From Octopus vulgaris (taxonomy: Eukaryota), in NCBI GenBank assembly GCA_951406725.2, contig OX597817.1, positions 71,362,001 through 71,426,000 of the forward strand: DNA of 64,000 nucleotides, given 5' to 3'. A program made the translations under genes and the position numbers. Under the pieces are notes generated by a model. That model ran no database searches. It was given only the letters and a program-made list of their open reading frames with translations, and was not told the origin of the DNA. The number at the start of each line of letters is the position of its first letter. The first letter of the stretch is position 1. Positions 53,553 through 64,000 of this stretch are shown here, one piece after another.

Positions 53553-53964
53553 TTTATATAAGTAGATATAGACGGATATTAATACACAGCGATACGCACA
53601 TACAGACATGAATACATATCTACTACATATATAGATGTGTGTGCGTCTGTGTGTGTATGTGTGCGTGTGTGTGTGTGATAGTGGAATTATTTCCCATTAT
53701 TCAAACTGCGTATATATTCGCACGAAACTTATGATGTCGGACTATTGAATTCTTTTAAAATAAATTACTTAGCTATTCATGCGATGTTGAGAACTCATTC
53801 TTCCGGTTCGTCACTAACGTGCATGTGTGTGTGTGTGTGTGTGTGTTTAATTCAATATTTTGGGGTAATAACCTTATAACGTACTTTCAAAAGCCCCTCT
53901 CCGGGTATCGGCTACCAGATGCTATCATACTGTAGGACTTCTCCTTTTCTGGATATACATCTGG

Positions 53965-54130
53965 AGCGGCATGACTTCACCCTCACTAGTGACACGCCCA
54001 AAGATTATCACTGTCTGGGGAAACTTGGTTTCATATTGTCCGTGTCACGTCTTGCAACCTTCAAAGTGTTCACAAAGTAGTGAGCAGCAGTCATGACGTC
54101 GGCATTTTGATACCTGGCGCGAATCATGAC
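53965..54130 (-). pseudogene. Tc1/mariner-superfamily transposase remnant
   Basis: Manual translation TKFPQTVIIFGRVTSEGEVMP (like the K(F/H)P-x-x-VMVWG segment), preceded by MIRARYQNADVMTAA. Confidence 0.55.
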
Positions 54131-54840
54131 GATACAGATAACCCTTAGCTCCCCGTTCGCTCACTTATTTTTTTTCTCAGCTACAACTTCAACCTTTATG
54201 CTCTCCATCACCGTTGACTGTTTACCAAAACATCAAGCTGCTCCTGAAAAAAAAAAAAAGGAGTGACATAAAAGAATTATCAAATTTAGCCCGAAAAGCT
54301 TGTGCGTATATTTGCACGTTAGTTTAACAGACAGGTACTCAATATATAAGAAATTCTATGTGCGTGTATGAGTGGTCGTGGCATCAGTATCATCACTGCT
54401 ACTGCCCTCAGCAAACATATATCTTCATATAGATTACTATGCAGCATCAATAACTTATTAACAATGTTAAACAGTAGTTTTTATATTTTCAGTTTATCTG
54501 AGCTATCGTTTGATAATAATAGATATTTTTATTAACAATATTAAAGGAAATATCCGTCACTCTTGTATTAAACGTTATCAACAATATTGTTAGAGAAAAT
54601 CTGAAAACAGGTGATAATATGTTTTGGGCTATCAACACCTGTCTGCATACAACTGCCAGAACTCTGAGACAACTCGTAGGGGAAACCAAAAGACCACGTG
54701 TTCATGAACTAACTGGACGTAAGCTATCAAGCGAAAATGTTTGCAGAAAATCTTACAACACAAGCTATTGCCTAACGTCTCTCATTTTTTTAAAAACTTT
54801 TAGATTCAAAAACTTTCCCTCCCTTCAGTTCCTGCTGTTG

Positions 54841-55343
54841 TCTTCTTCTTCTTCTTCTTCTTCTTCTTCTTCTTCTTCTTCTTCTTCTTCTTCTTCTTCT
54901 AATCAGAACTCACGCCATTAGTCACAAAGAATAATCTCTAATTCGAGCCTATCCTAAGCTACTAAGAATGCGTGTGGCAACTTGAAGATCCACCCACCAC
55001 ACGCGATAGACTGGCGGTTGCACGGGCGCGAAAGCTTCGTTGTTATCTTCATTCCGTAAACGGTGGCTTTTCACGGGTGGAGAGCTAGACTAGGGTCTGA
55101 AAGTTTACCACACCATAGTGGATTACACCATGGTTCCTCTGTTTTGTGGCAGAAGTAGGAAGAAAGAGTGAGAGAAATTTTTGGTGAAAGAGTACAGCGG
55201 GGTTCACCCCTTTCCCGACGGAGCTTCGTGGAGTTTAGGTGTTTTTGCTCAATAAACACTCACAATGCCCGGTCTGGGAGTCGAAACCGCGCTCTTGCGA
55301 CCGTGAGTCTGCTGCCCTAACCACTGGGCCATTGCGCCTCCAC
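54841..55343 (-). mobile_element. SINE family C long composite, full length, (GAA)n tail
   Basis: tRNA-like head GTGGAGGCGCAATGGCCCAGTGG; TSD TCCTGCTG(T/C)TG at 54830-54840 and 55344-55354. Confidence 0.92.
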
Positions 55344-55689
55344 TCCTGCTGCTGCTGTTATCCACTTCCAGTGCTTTCTTTCACGGTTTTGATAGCCCAC
55401 CATCTTTATGTTTCGCACAGTCAAATTGTTTGGTAGAGCCTTTAAGGCATATATATAAACACCTTGGTGTATGTCGAGAGTTGCTTGATGTAAGGTATCG
55501 TATGTACATTAAATATTCCGAGAGGTAATATTTATCTCTACTTGAACGTGGATGTTCTGTTGGAACAAACTATACTGCTGTAGTTACTATGAGAAGAAAA
55601 CTCTCATATTGGCTTTTGGTGCGAAATGCATTCTTGTTAATATCGCTAGCTGGGAGATAAATTTCCGTCACCTACCTCTGTCACTAATA

Positions 55690-56330
55690 AATATTAAGTA
55701 TTCCTTCACAAGTTCCTACACCTAGTCTAAAACTACTTTGCAATTGATTTATTTCTTCATTCATTCTTGATAAAATTCTTTGATGGGAAACTTTTAGTAA
55801 TATTTTAATCACATGACTCATGAATCATATGCTTCTAAACTCTGTGTTGTCTCAAGCTTTTGGTTTCTATGGTATTAGAACAAAAATAGATTGTTTCATA
55901 TTGGTTGGTATAAATCCACTCCCATATATTACATGACATAAGTCAGTTATTAGATATAGTCTTGATTATCTAATGCTTTTAATATTCCGATTGGTATTTC
56001 ATCTACTCCAGTTGCCCCAATTTTCATTGCATTTATTGCTTTTTCTACTTCTTTTAAGATTGAGCTTCCATTAGCAGCTTTACAAAATTAAGCATAGGTC
56101 CTCTATTCTCTCAATCGTATAGCATTTTTATGTATTTAACCTAACTTGATACGTTCACGAGCAAACAGTATGCTTCCATTTTTGTCATTAATGTTTCTGC
56201 TTTGTTTGGTCATGCATTTTCTGTTTGTGATCTCATCTGTTTTATATATTTCTTTGGATTGATCGTGCTTACTAAGGTTTTCAACTTCTTGGCATTGATC
56301 ATCCGACCGTTTGGACTTTGCTGTTTTAGA
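55690..56330 (-). pseudogene. Decayed RTE-clade LINE linker and RT N-terminus
   Basis: QCQEVENL..INDKNGSILF; EVEKAINAMK.GATGVDEIPIGILKAL; SIFVLIP*KPKA..FRSI*FMSHVIKILLKV..QSSFRLGVGT. Confidence 0.85.
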
Positions 56331-57178
56331 TTTCAGAATCAACATTATCAATAAAATATACACCATAAACCCGGATTTTCAGAATAGGGACTTTAGCATA
56401 CCTATTACCTGCATACACAAAAATGTTACCACACTCATGTTATTATAAATGATTGATAGTCTCATGACTTAAACAGGTGAAACGTGTATTTTTCAAACTT
56501 TATTCTGTTTAGAGCTGTAACGAGTTGTCTTAGGTTTTAAGATACACACATACACACACACGCATGCATACACATAGATGCCCATATGTGTGTGTGGGGG
56601 GGATGGATGGATGAGACCCCCAGATGCACTTCATAGGTTCTGTCGGGAGATATTTTCGCAATTAATCACCACCCTCTACTATATAGGATGAGGAAAACTT
56701 GTCAGTCATTTCTACCACTTTCATTACTCCAACCTCTAGACAGGCAAACAAAAGCTATGTCGTATTAAGAATCTTAATAATGATGCTCAATGAAACGTCT
56801 TCAGCAAATATAAATAAATCCCAACTAATGCCGTCTAAACTCAAACATAATTTATCCGTTTAACAAATATGTGTGGTCTGTTATTCAAGCATGGCTGTGT
56901 TTAAGTATTTTGCTTCTTAACCATGTGGTCAAATGTCATCTGTCATTGCTTCGATTTAATTAATACCTTGAGAAAGGAAGTTGGTTGAGGGGAAGTGCAT
57001 GGAATAGTGTTATATATACGTAACACAGATTTCTTTATTATCGTGGATTACTATGATTATCCGATCAGAGTAAACTTAGTATATATATATGTGTTTGTAT
57101 GCGTACATTTGTATGTCTGTGCGTGAGTATAAAAATATATATGTGTATATACATGTGTGTGTGTGTATGTATATGTAC

Positions 57179-57225
<47 letters not shown>

Positions 57226-57394
57226 TGTGTGTGTGTGCGTGTGTGCGTTTATACATATAACACGTATTATCACGTCGTTAGACGACGTATAAGGGTTCTG
57301 CAATTTCTTGTCGAACAACTACATAGATGTTTTGTTTATAATGATCAAATGTTTGTGTTCACGTGAGCTCACTCCCACCATCAAATCGACATTA

Positions 57395-57562
57395 CCTGTA
57401 CAGGTGCACGACTTGCCACTTGTAAGATGATGAAATGATCGTAGAGCAATGTGAAAGGAAGTGTTTTGTTCAAGACCACAACGCAACGTCCGACTAGGAA
57501 TGGAAACCACGATCTCGTAGCTGTGAGTACGACACCCTAACCACTAAGCTAGGTACTTTCAC
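57395..57562 (-). mobile_element. Family C-related SINE, diverged
   Basis: GTGTTTTGTTCAAGACCACAACGC...CCCTAACCACTAAGC. Confidence 0.7.
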
Positions 57563-57587
57563 ACACACACACACACAGAGAGACACA

Positions 57588-57657
<70 letters not shown>

Positions 57658-58904
57658 AATGTATAACTTTCAGTGATTTACGTCAGATATGAAACTATAA
57701 ACCGAAGTTTTTCGAAGGAACTCCCTTGTGATATCTATTACATTCGAATTGCCCCCAAAGATTTTTTCTTACTCTCGATATAGAAAATATAACACAGATG
57801 AGTGATTGAACAGTTGGAAATCTATAAGCAGCGATACTATTACTTACAAAAATACCATATAAAATATAAATAAGCAATAAGATAAGTGTGACCTTCTTTA
57901 ATATTAGTGTTAACCTGCGAAGCAGAGACCAGGTGGTGAGAGATATATAAATAAAATATCAAGCATGAATATAAAGCGTGGGGTCATGATGACCGAAAAG
58001 CGTTGATGATATGATAACAAGGCCCGTGAATATTTTGATATTTGATATCCACAGCAGGGATAAAAGAAAAAACAACACACAAAATAACCAACGAAATGAA
58101 AGAAAACTCGGAAATAGGTGGGGGCGGAAATCCACATTTCATGGGAGATTTATCATTATAATACTCTTACTCTACGTTTATATGTAAATGTACATATGCA
58201 CATGCATGCATGTACATAAACACAGGCATATGCATATGTATATGCATATAAATACACATACATATATAAATGAATGTTTGTATGTATGGAGAGAGAAAGA
58301 GAGAGTAAATAGATAGATGCAACTCTGTGTGTGTGTGTGTGTGTGCGCGCGCGTACGTGTGTGCATGCGTGCACGCGTGTGAGTGTATAAATGGTTCCTA
58401 TTACTGTCTTTGTTAGTGAATATCACTCCAAGAATCATTGCATAAAATAAGCTAGGGATAAACGGGATTCCGATTTCCTATCGTTCATCTCTAGAATTTT
58501 CTTTATACTGTTTTTAATGCGTAGGAGGTGCACAGGGATTTGTATGTATGAGATAATGATATTGCATAACTTCGACAGCGTTTCATACCGCCGGTTAGCA
58601 AAACACTTCAGCAGAATGGAAAGTCATGGTCAGACTCTATATGGTGTAAAATCCAGTAGATTACTGATTATAGTCTGTCCCACGATAACCAGTAATCTAT
58701 GAAGCGGTTATTCAGTTTGAATTTCTTGAAGAGTAATTTAGGCTTGAGTTGGCAGACCGAAATTAATTTTTATCTGAGACTTGTTTCAGTCATTGGACTG
58801 CAGCCATGCTGAGATACCGCCTTGAAGGGTTTAGCCTAACAAATAAACTCTAGTACTTATTTTTCAAAGTTTGATAGTTCTTTTATCAGTCTGTTTAGTT
58901 TGTA

Positions 58905-59045
58905 TGTATGTATGTCATTATTCAGTTTATTTCAAGATTTTTTGCCAATATAGGAAGAATCGGTTTCTATCCTAGATCCAAGGTTCCTTCATTGGAATTT
59001 CGACATCAACAACAACTTATTTTTGTTCGTATGTATGTATGTATG
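58905..59045 (-). mobile_element. Isolated 3' UTR tip of the R4/Dong-type family seen at 3643-4255
   Basis: Reverse complement GAAATTCCAATGAAGGAACCTTGGATCTAGG...GAAATAAACTGAATAATGAC matches 4155-4245; TACA repeats on both sides. Confidence 0.8.
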
Positions 59046-59089
59046 TATTTCTACAACACTTTATGGCTGTTTCTTCCGTCTATTTCCAG

Positions 59090-59257
59090 ACCGTACCCGG
59101 AGTTAGTGGTGAGATTAAAGAAATCAATGGGTTGATGGTCGATGTTCAAGATAATTGTGACCCGGGGAACAAAGACTCGTGCAGTCCAGGCTATTGTTGT
59201 GTCAAAGAGGTAACTGAAAACTTTTCTGATTACATTTTCCCACACATTCATGCACAG
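59090..59257 (+). CDS. Candidate internal coding exon of a small cysteine-rich protein (prokineticin/astakine/colipase-fold-like)
   Basis: Acceptor TTTCTTCCGTCTATTTCCAG|; 56 open codons TVPGVSGEIKEINGLMVDVQDNCDPGNKDSCSPGYCCVKEVTENFSDYIFPHIHAQ; donor CAG|GTATAA (alternative GAG|GTAACT after 59209); C-x7-C-x4-CC spacing. Confidence 0.55.
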
Positions 59258-59309
59258 GTATAAGCACGCACACGCACACAATGTATGTATATAAATTTGC
59301 TTATATGCA

Positions 59310-59620
59310 CTCCGTCGACGAATGTTCCAGTTGATCCAATCAACGGAATAGTCTTCTAGTAACATTAAAGTAAATGTGACTGAATACTCCACAAACACAA
59401 GTACCCTTAATGAAGTTCTCAAGGAGATTCAGCGTGACACAGAATGTCATAAAGCTGGCCCTTTGAATTGTAGCTAATACTCATTTTTTGCCAACTGAGT
59501 GAACTGGAGTAACGTGAAATAAAATGTCTTGTTCAAGGACACAATGCGCCACCAGGAATCGAACTCACGACATTACGATCGTGAGCCGAATACTCTAACC
59601 ACCAAGCCACGCGCCTTCAC
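59310..59620 (-). mobile_element. Family C-related tRNA-derived SINE, near full length
   Basis: Minus head GTGAAGGCGCGTGGCTTGGTGGTTAGAG...GAGTTCGATTCC; CORE-like GTGTCCTTGAACAAGACATTTTA; related 3' part at about 15280-15415 (+). Confidence 0.85.
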
Positions 59621-59764
59621 ATGTAGATTTATTCTCCAACAGAAGCCCGTCTCTTTCATGTTTTAGATTACTGAATCGACAATCTAAAGCCTGAAAGAGA
59701 CGAGTTTCTGTTAGAGCCCCGCGAAATTGTAAGTTGCATGGCGCCGAATCAAACTGTTTAAATA

Positions 59765-59810
<46 letters not shown>

Positions 59811-59813
<3 letters not shown>

Positions 59814-60458
59814 CCAGAAGCTGAATGCAGTTTTCATGAAGAAATCTCACCTCATCTTCTGGCAGTGAATGAAGCCATTGAAAGTTACTTCCCAGGATTG
59901 GATGACCACTGTACTGATGCATGGATCTGTAGACCCTTTTCTGCGAAGGACAGTGCCAACTGATGTTGCTGTGAAGGTAGAATGTCTTCAAACTCGTGAA
60001 GATACTCCGTTGAAAGTCAATTTTTCTGAACAAGAGCTTCCGACATTTTGAGCGAAACTGAAGGACGACTAACATCTTCTTTCAATGTGTACACTGACCT
60101 TGCTGATCCAGTCGCCTTCGACCTATCGCTTAGGGCTGGATTCTCAATAACGATGGCCTTGAAAACGAAGTAGGCTTATGATTGATGCCGATATGAGGTG
60201 TTGTCTATCAATCATTGCTCATCGCTTTGGATGTACTTAAGGCTGCAAAACAATATCAACCCTCCCACTAAGTGAATGAGTAGGTTTTGTATGATGTTTA
60301 GTAGTTATTTATAACATTTTCTATAAACTAGAATCATATAGTTTTGACTTATCTCACCATTACGCAATGTTAATCATTGCAAAATTTATTATAGGGGTCA
60401 CGGTAATACCCTGGAGAGTCTCAGTGGGTAAGACGATGGAAAAGTTTAAGAACCACTG
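59811..60458 (+). mobile_element. hAT (Charlie/Buster-type) transposon 3' end with decayed dimerisation domain
   Basis: ESYFP..WICRPF..LPTF*AKLKDD..PSTYR..AGFS..LKTK..DMRCCLS..KQYQPSH*; terminal GTTTAAGAACCACTG is the reverse complement of CAGTGGTTCTTAAAC. Confidence 0.85.
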
Positions 60459-60903
60459 ACTTAGATGATAGGTTCCGTGAACATTTCTGAGTGACAATAA
60501 CAATGCCCGGATTGATCTCGAACCCATACCTTGTCACTTTAACTTGTCTGGTCATTTTACTGTCCACCTCCCTGTAGCTGCAAGAAAAATCTCAAAATAT
60601 CTTCTCTGCGATGAATGAATATTTGCCTCAACTTCCTATGATCATTCAATTCTTTTAATTACGAATATTCTATATGTACTATATGAATATATGTATATAT
60701 GGATGGTTACATAAGCGTGAGTATATGTTCGTATGAGTGTGCATATTCACACGCAGTGGTGTTTTGAGTATATATCTCTATATATGCATTTGTGCCTATC
60801 AACATATGTAAATGTGCATTCGCGTACACATGATCGCATTCCTTCTTGGCATCAGCTGCATTTGTATACATTTATGTGTGTGTGTGCGTGCGTGCGTGTG
60901 TAC

Positions 60904-60934
<31 letters not shown>

Positions 60935-61744
60935 CATGCGCGCATATTCACAATCTCTTTTGCTACATCTGGTTATTTAAAATTACGTTTCAAATATTGC
61001 ACTTTTATAGGATGAAAATGACAGATTGAAAGTTTGGACGAGCTCTCAAGATTCTTTACGTTTGAACATTATTGCAAGTAATTTAAAATAACCAGCTGAT
61101 CTTGCAACTTTTCTATGGTTTAGACTTATCTATAAAATCTTTTGCTCATACTGGGAATTGTAGGGTTAAAAATATTCGCTAGCTGCTAGCTGTCTTTCTG
61201 CTGAAGTAAATCTATTTACGGTTTCTCTTTGTTTCCCGATTGTCCGTCCTCTCTTTACTTGAAGACATAACCTTTTCTGTTCACCTTGTCCTTGTCATTG
61301 TCAACTTTGGTGGAGCAGATTAATCATTAAAGACATTCCAGATGTAACCCTCTCGTCTGTTTTCTCTCTTTGCAAGGAACTCAGGATCATATCAGATAAT
61401 GTGGGTTGTTCTAGGGCAGTGGGGTGTGGTTTGAAGGAGATTTGGCAGCTATTTCCAACAACTCGAGTAACTGCATAAAAAGTTCCCTCGCTGTTTATGT
61501 TTACCTGGTTTGAAACGCCCACACTTACTACTTTCTACCAAATTCATAACTTCTCCCGCTTTCATTCAAAGTCGATCTCGGCGGAATTTGAACTCAGAAC
61601 GTAAAGATAGACGAAATACCGCTAAGCACTTTCAAACTCCTGATACTTTCACACTTCTCGTGGCCTCTTCCTTCATTCCTCATATGAACTTTAACACGCC
61701 TCCCTCAGTTCAACTCCATGGTTGCCATTTTCTAACCAAGAGTC

Positions 61745-62310
61745 CACGTGTCGCCAAGAATAATGAGTACAAGTTCTTGTGGGATTTTACAATCCAGTGT
61801 GATTCAGAGATTGATGATCGGAGACCAAACATCGTTTCGGTTTATAAAATGATGAAGGAAACCGAGATCATATTCTTTTCTACTCTAACCACAAGGCCCG
61901 AAATGTTGTGGGCCTTGTTGTGAAGGGGCCAGTCGATTAGATCGACCCCTGTACGCAAGTGGTACTTAATTTATCGACCTCGAAAGGATGAAAGGCAAAG
62001 TCGACCTCGGCGGAATTTGAACTCAGAACGTAAAGTCAGACGAAATACGCTAAGCATATCGCCCGGTGTGCTAACGTTTCTGCTAGCTCTCCGCCTTCGA
62101 GATCATAGATATTGAATGTACGACTGGATGATAAAGAATTGGAAAAGATTGAGAAGCATAAGGCACTAAAAGATGAGATTGCACGAATGTGTTTGTAGGA
62201 GTATTAGGAGCATTAACAACCAGGTTTTGAGAAATTTGTTGGAAAAAGTGGGAAGCACATGAGAATAGAACATGCCTAGAAAACTGCTTTTATTGAGGAC
62301 AGCAGGTTGT
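61745..62310 (+). pseudogene. R4/Dong-type endonuclease remnant split by a SINE
   Basis: KFLWDFTIQCDSEIDDRRPNIV..ETEII [SINE] DI..KELEKIEKHKALKDEIARM..VGVLGA. Confidence 0.8.
61873..62097 (-). mobile_element. SINE family A monomer nested in the LINE remnant
   Basis: 10-bp TSD CGAGATCATA at 61863-61872 and 62098-62107. Confidence 0.93.
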
Positions 62311-62487
62311 TGCTCACTCTTACAGAATTAGTGGGAGCAAGTGAAATCGAAAGCTCGGTGAGGGGAAATATATAAACTGCTATAACAATAATAATAATTA
62401 CAGATGACGATTGCTGCTTCGTTACTAAGGGTGAGGCACGTTAACATTACATGATTTCACTAGGTCAGACAAATATTTTCCAATGTG

Positions 62488-62556
<69 letters not shown>

Positions 62557-63106
62557 TACACACCCACGCGCTATCATCAAATCACGCACTGCTACTGCCA
62601 CCCGATGAAAGCCTGTATAACACTAGATCTCAAATAGACGTTTGACGTCAGTTGTCATTAAGAGATATCGTACACCACGTGAAAGAGAATTTTCGGTATT
62701 GAATGACATCGGTGAATTATTACAATATTTGATCAATTATAAATCGATTTCTCTTTGAACTGATTCAGACAGTCTCCTCATCCTTTTGTGATATGTCGTT
62801 CAATGTCTAATGAGATGCTATGCAAATCAGCAATAATAATACCAATATTGAAAACAACAGCATCAACATCAACATCAACATCAACGGTTGTGGCAACAAC
62901 AAAAGTTATAACGGTGACCACGACAGATATAAATGACAAGCGGATAATAACGACAGCAACAAGTGGCCTTTCAAATCCTCGTAATATTCCAAGATTCATA
63001 CATATATATTAATCAACCTATTCATTTCTATGTCTGATTCTTCACACATACACACATAATACACACACACACAACAACAATAGGTATTATTATTATTATT
63101 ATTATT

Positions 63107-63138
<32 letters not shown>

Positions 63139-63286
63139 TATTATTATATGGATATTTGCATGTTTATATATGGGTGTATGTGTACGTGTATATGATGTTT
63201 CTGTGTGTTTATATATATATATCAATCTATATATATATAATATACACACTCACACACAAAGTGATACAGTAAGATGCATATACATG

Positions 63287-63340
<54 letters not shown>

Positions 63341-63529
63341 CATATATATATATACGCACACGCACACACATATATATACAAACATATATATGTATACATA
63401 TATATACACATATATATACATTTATATATGTGTATGTACTTAACTTTGTGTGTGTATATTATATATATTTCGACATTGTTTAGCATTTATGTGTTTACCT
63501 GTGTTCACACACACACATACATGCATACA

Positions 63530-63536
63530 TACATAC

Positions 63537-63567
<31 letters not shown>

Positions 63568-63830
63568 CATACATACATACATACATACATACATACGTAC
63601 ATACATACATACATGCATGCATACATACATACATACATACATACATACATACATACATACATACATACATACATACATACATGCATGCATGCATGCATAC
63701 ATACATACATACATACATACATACATACATACATACATACATACATACATACATACATACATACATACATACATACATACATACATACATACATACATAC
63801 ATACATACATAAATACATACATACATACAT
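63530..63830. repeat. About 300-bp (TACA)n microsatellite
   Basis: Directly visible; explains the HTYI and MYVC ORFs. Confidence 0.97.
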
Positions 63831-64000
63831 ACAAAAGTCTCTCAGAGGATACAAGACACTGGAAACATTGCGTGTCTGCAGCGGGAATTGAACGCAATAT
63901 ACAGGTGGGCTGAGGAAAATAACATGCAGTCTAATGCCGGAAAATTCCAAACACTGCGCTACCAGCATGAGAAACTCAATGAAAAGCAGACAGGATGTAC
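63831..64000 (+). mobile_element. CR1-group LINE RT fragment starting just after the YADD motif, runs off the window
   Basis: TKVSQRIQDTGNIACLQRELNAIYRWAEENNMQSNAGKFQTLRY matches the LQ-x-(D/E)L...W...NM-x-FN-x-x-K pattern. Confidence 0.8.

Noticed and set aside
54227-54260. Minus-strand microexon T-run-CAG|GAGCAGCTTGATGTTTTG|GTAAAC
   Set aside because: Adjacent to and probably within the transposon remnant; acceptor is only a homopolymer run.

Overview
AT-rich, microsatellite-saturated eukaryotic DNA with no intact long gene. The SINE families and simple-repeat load point to a coleoid cephalopod, most likely Octopus (inference from recalled repeat consensus, not from a search). Almost all listed ORFs are translations of (TA)n, (CA)n, (TACA)n, (GA)n or (GGT)n repeats. 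Supportable content: three tRNA-derived SINE families, several with clean target-site duplications (TSDs); decayed LINE fragments (R4/Dong-type, RTE, L1/Tx1-like, CR1-group); a near full-length frameshifted Tc1; mariner- and pogo-type MITEs; a hAT end; Helitron remnants; and Penelope-type remnants with hammerhead-ribozyme motifs and fold-back palindromes. The best host-gene signal is one + strand exon-like segment (59090-59257) encoding a prokineticin/colipase-like cysteine motif. Top leads: (1) a 279-bp palindrome carrying a variant G3:C8 minimal hammerhead on each strand; (2) SINE multimers with an invariant AG|GT junction, one of them inside a single TSD; (3) R4/Dong-like LINE pieces tied to specific microsatellites. 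Coordinates of decayed elements were read by eye and are approximate.
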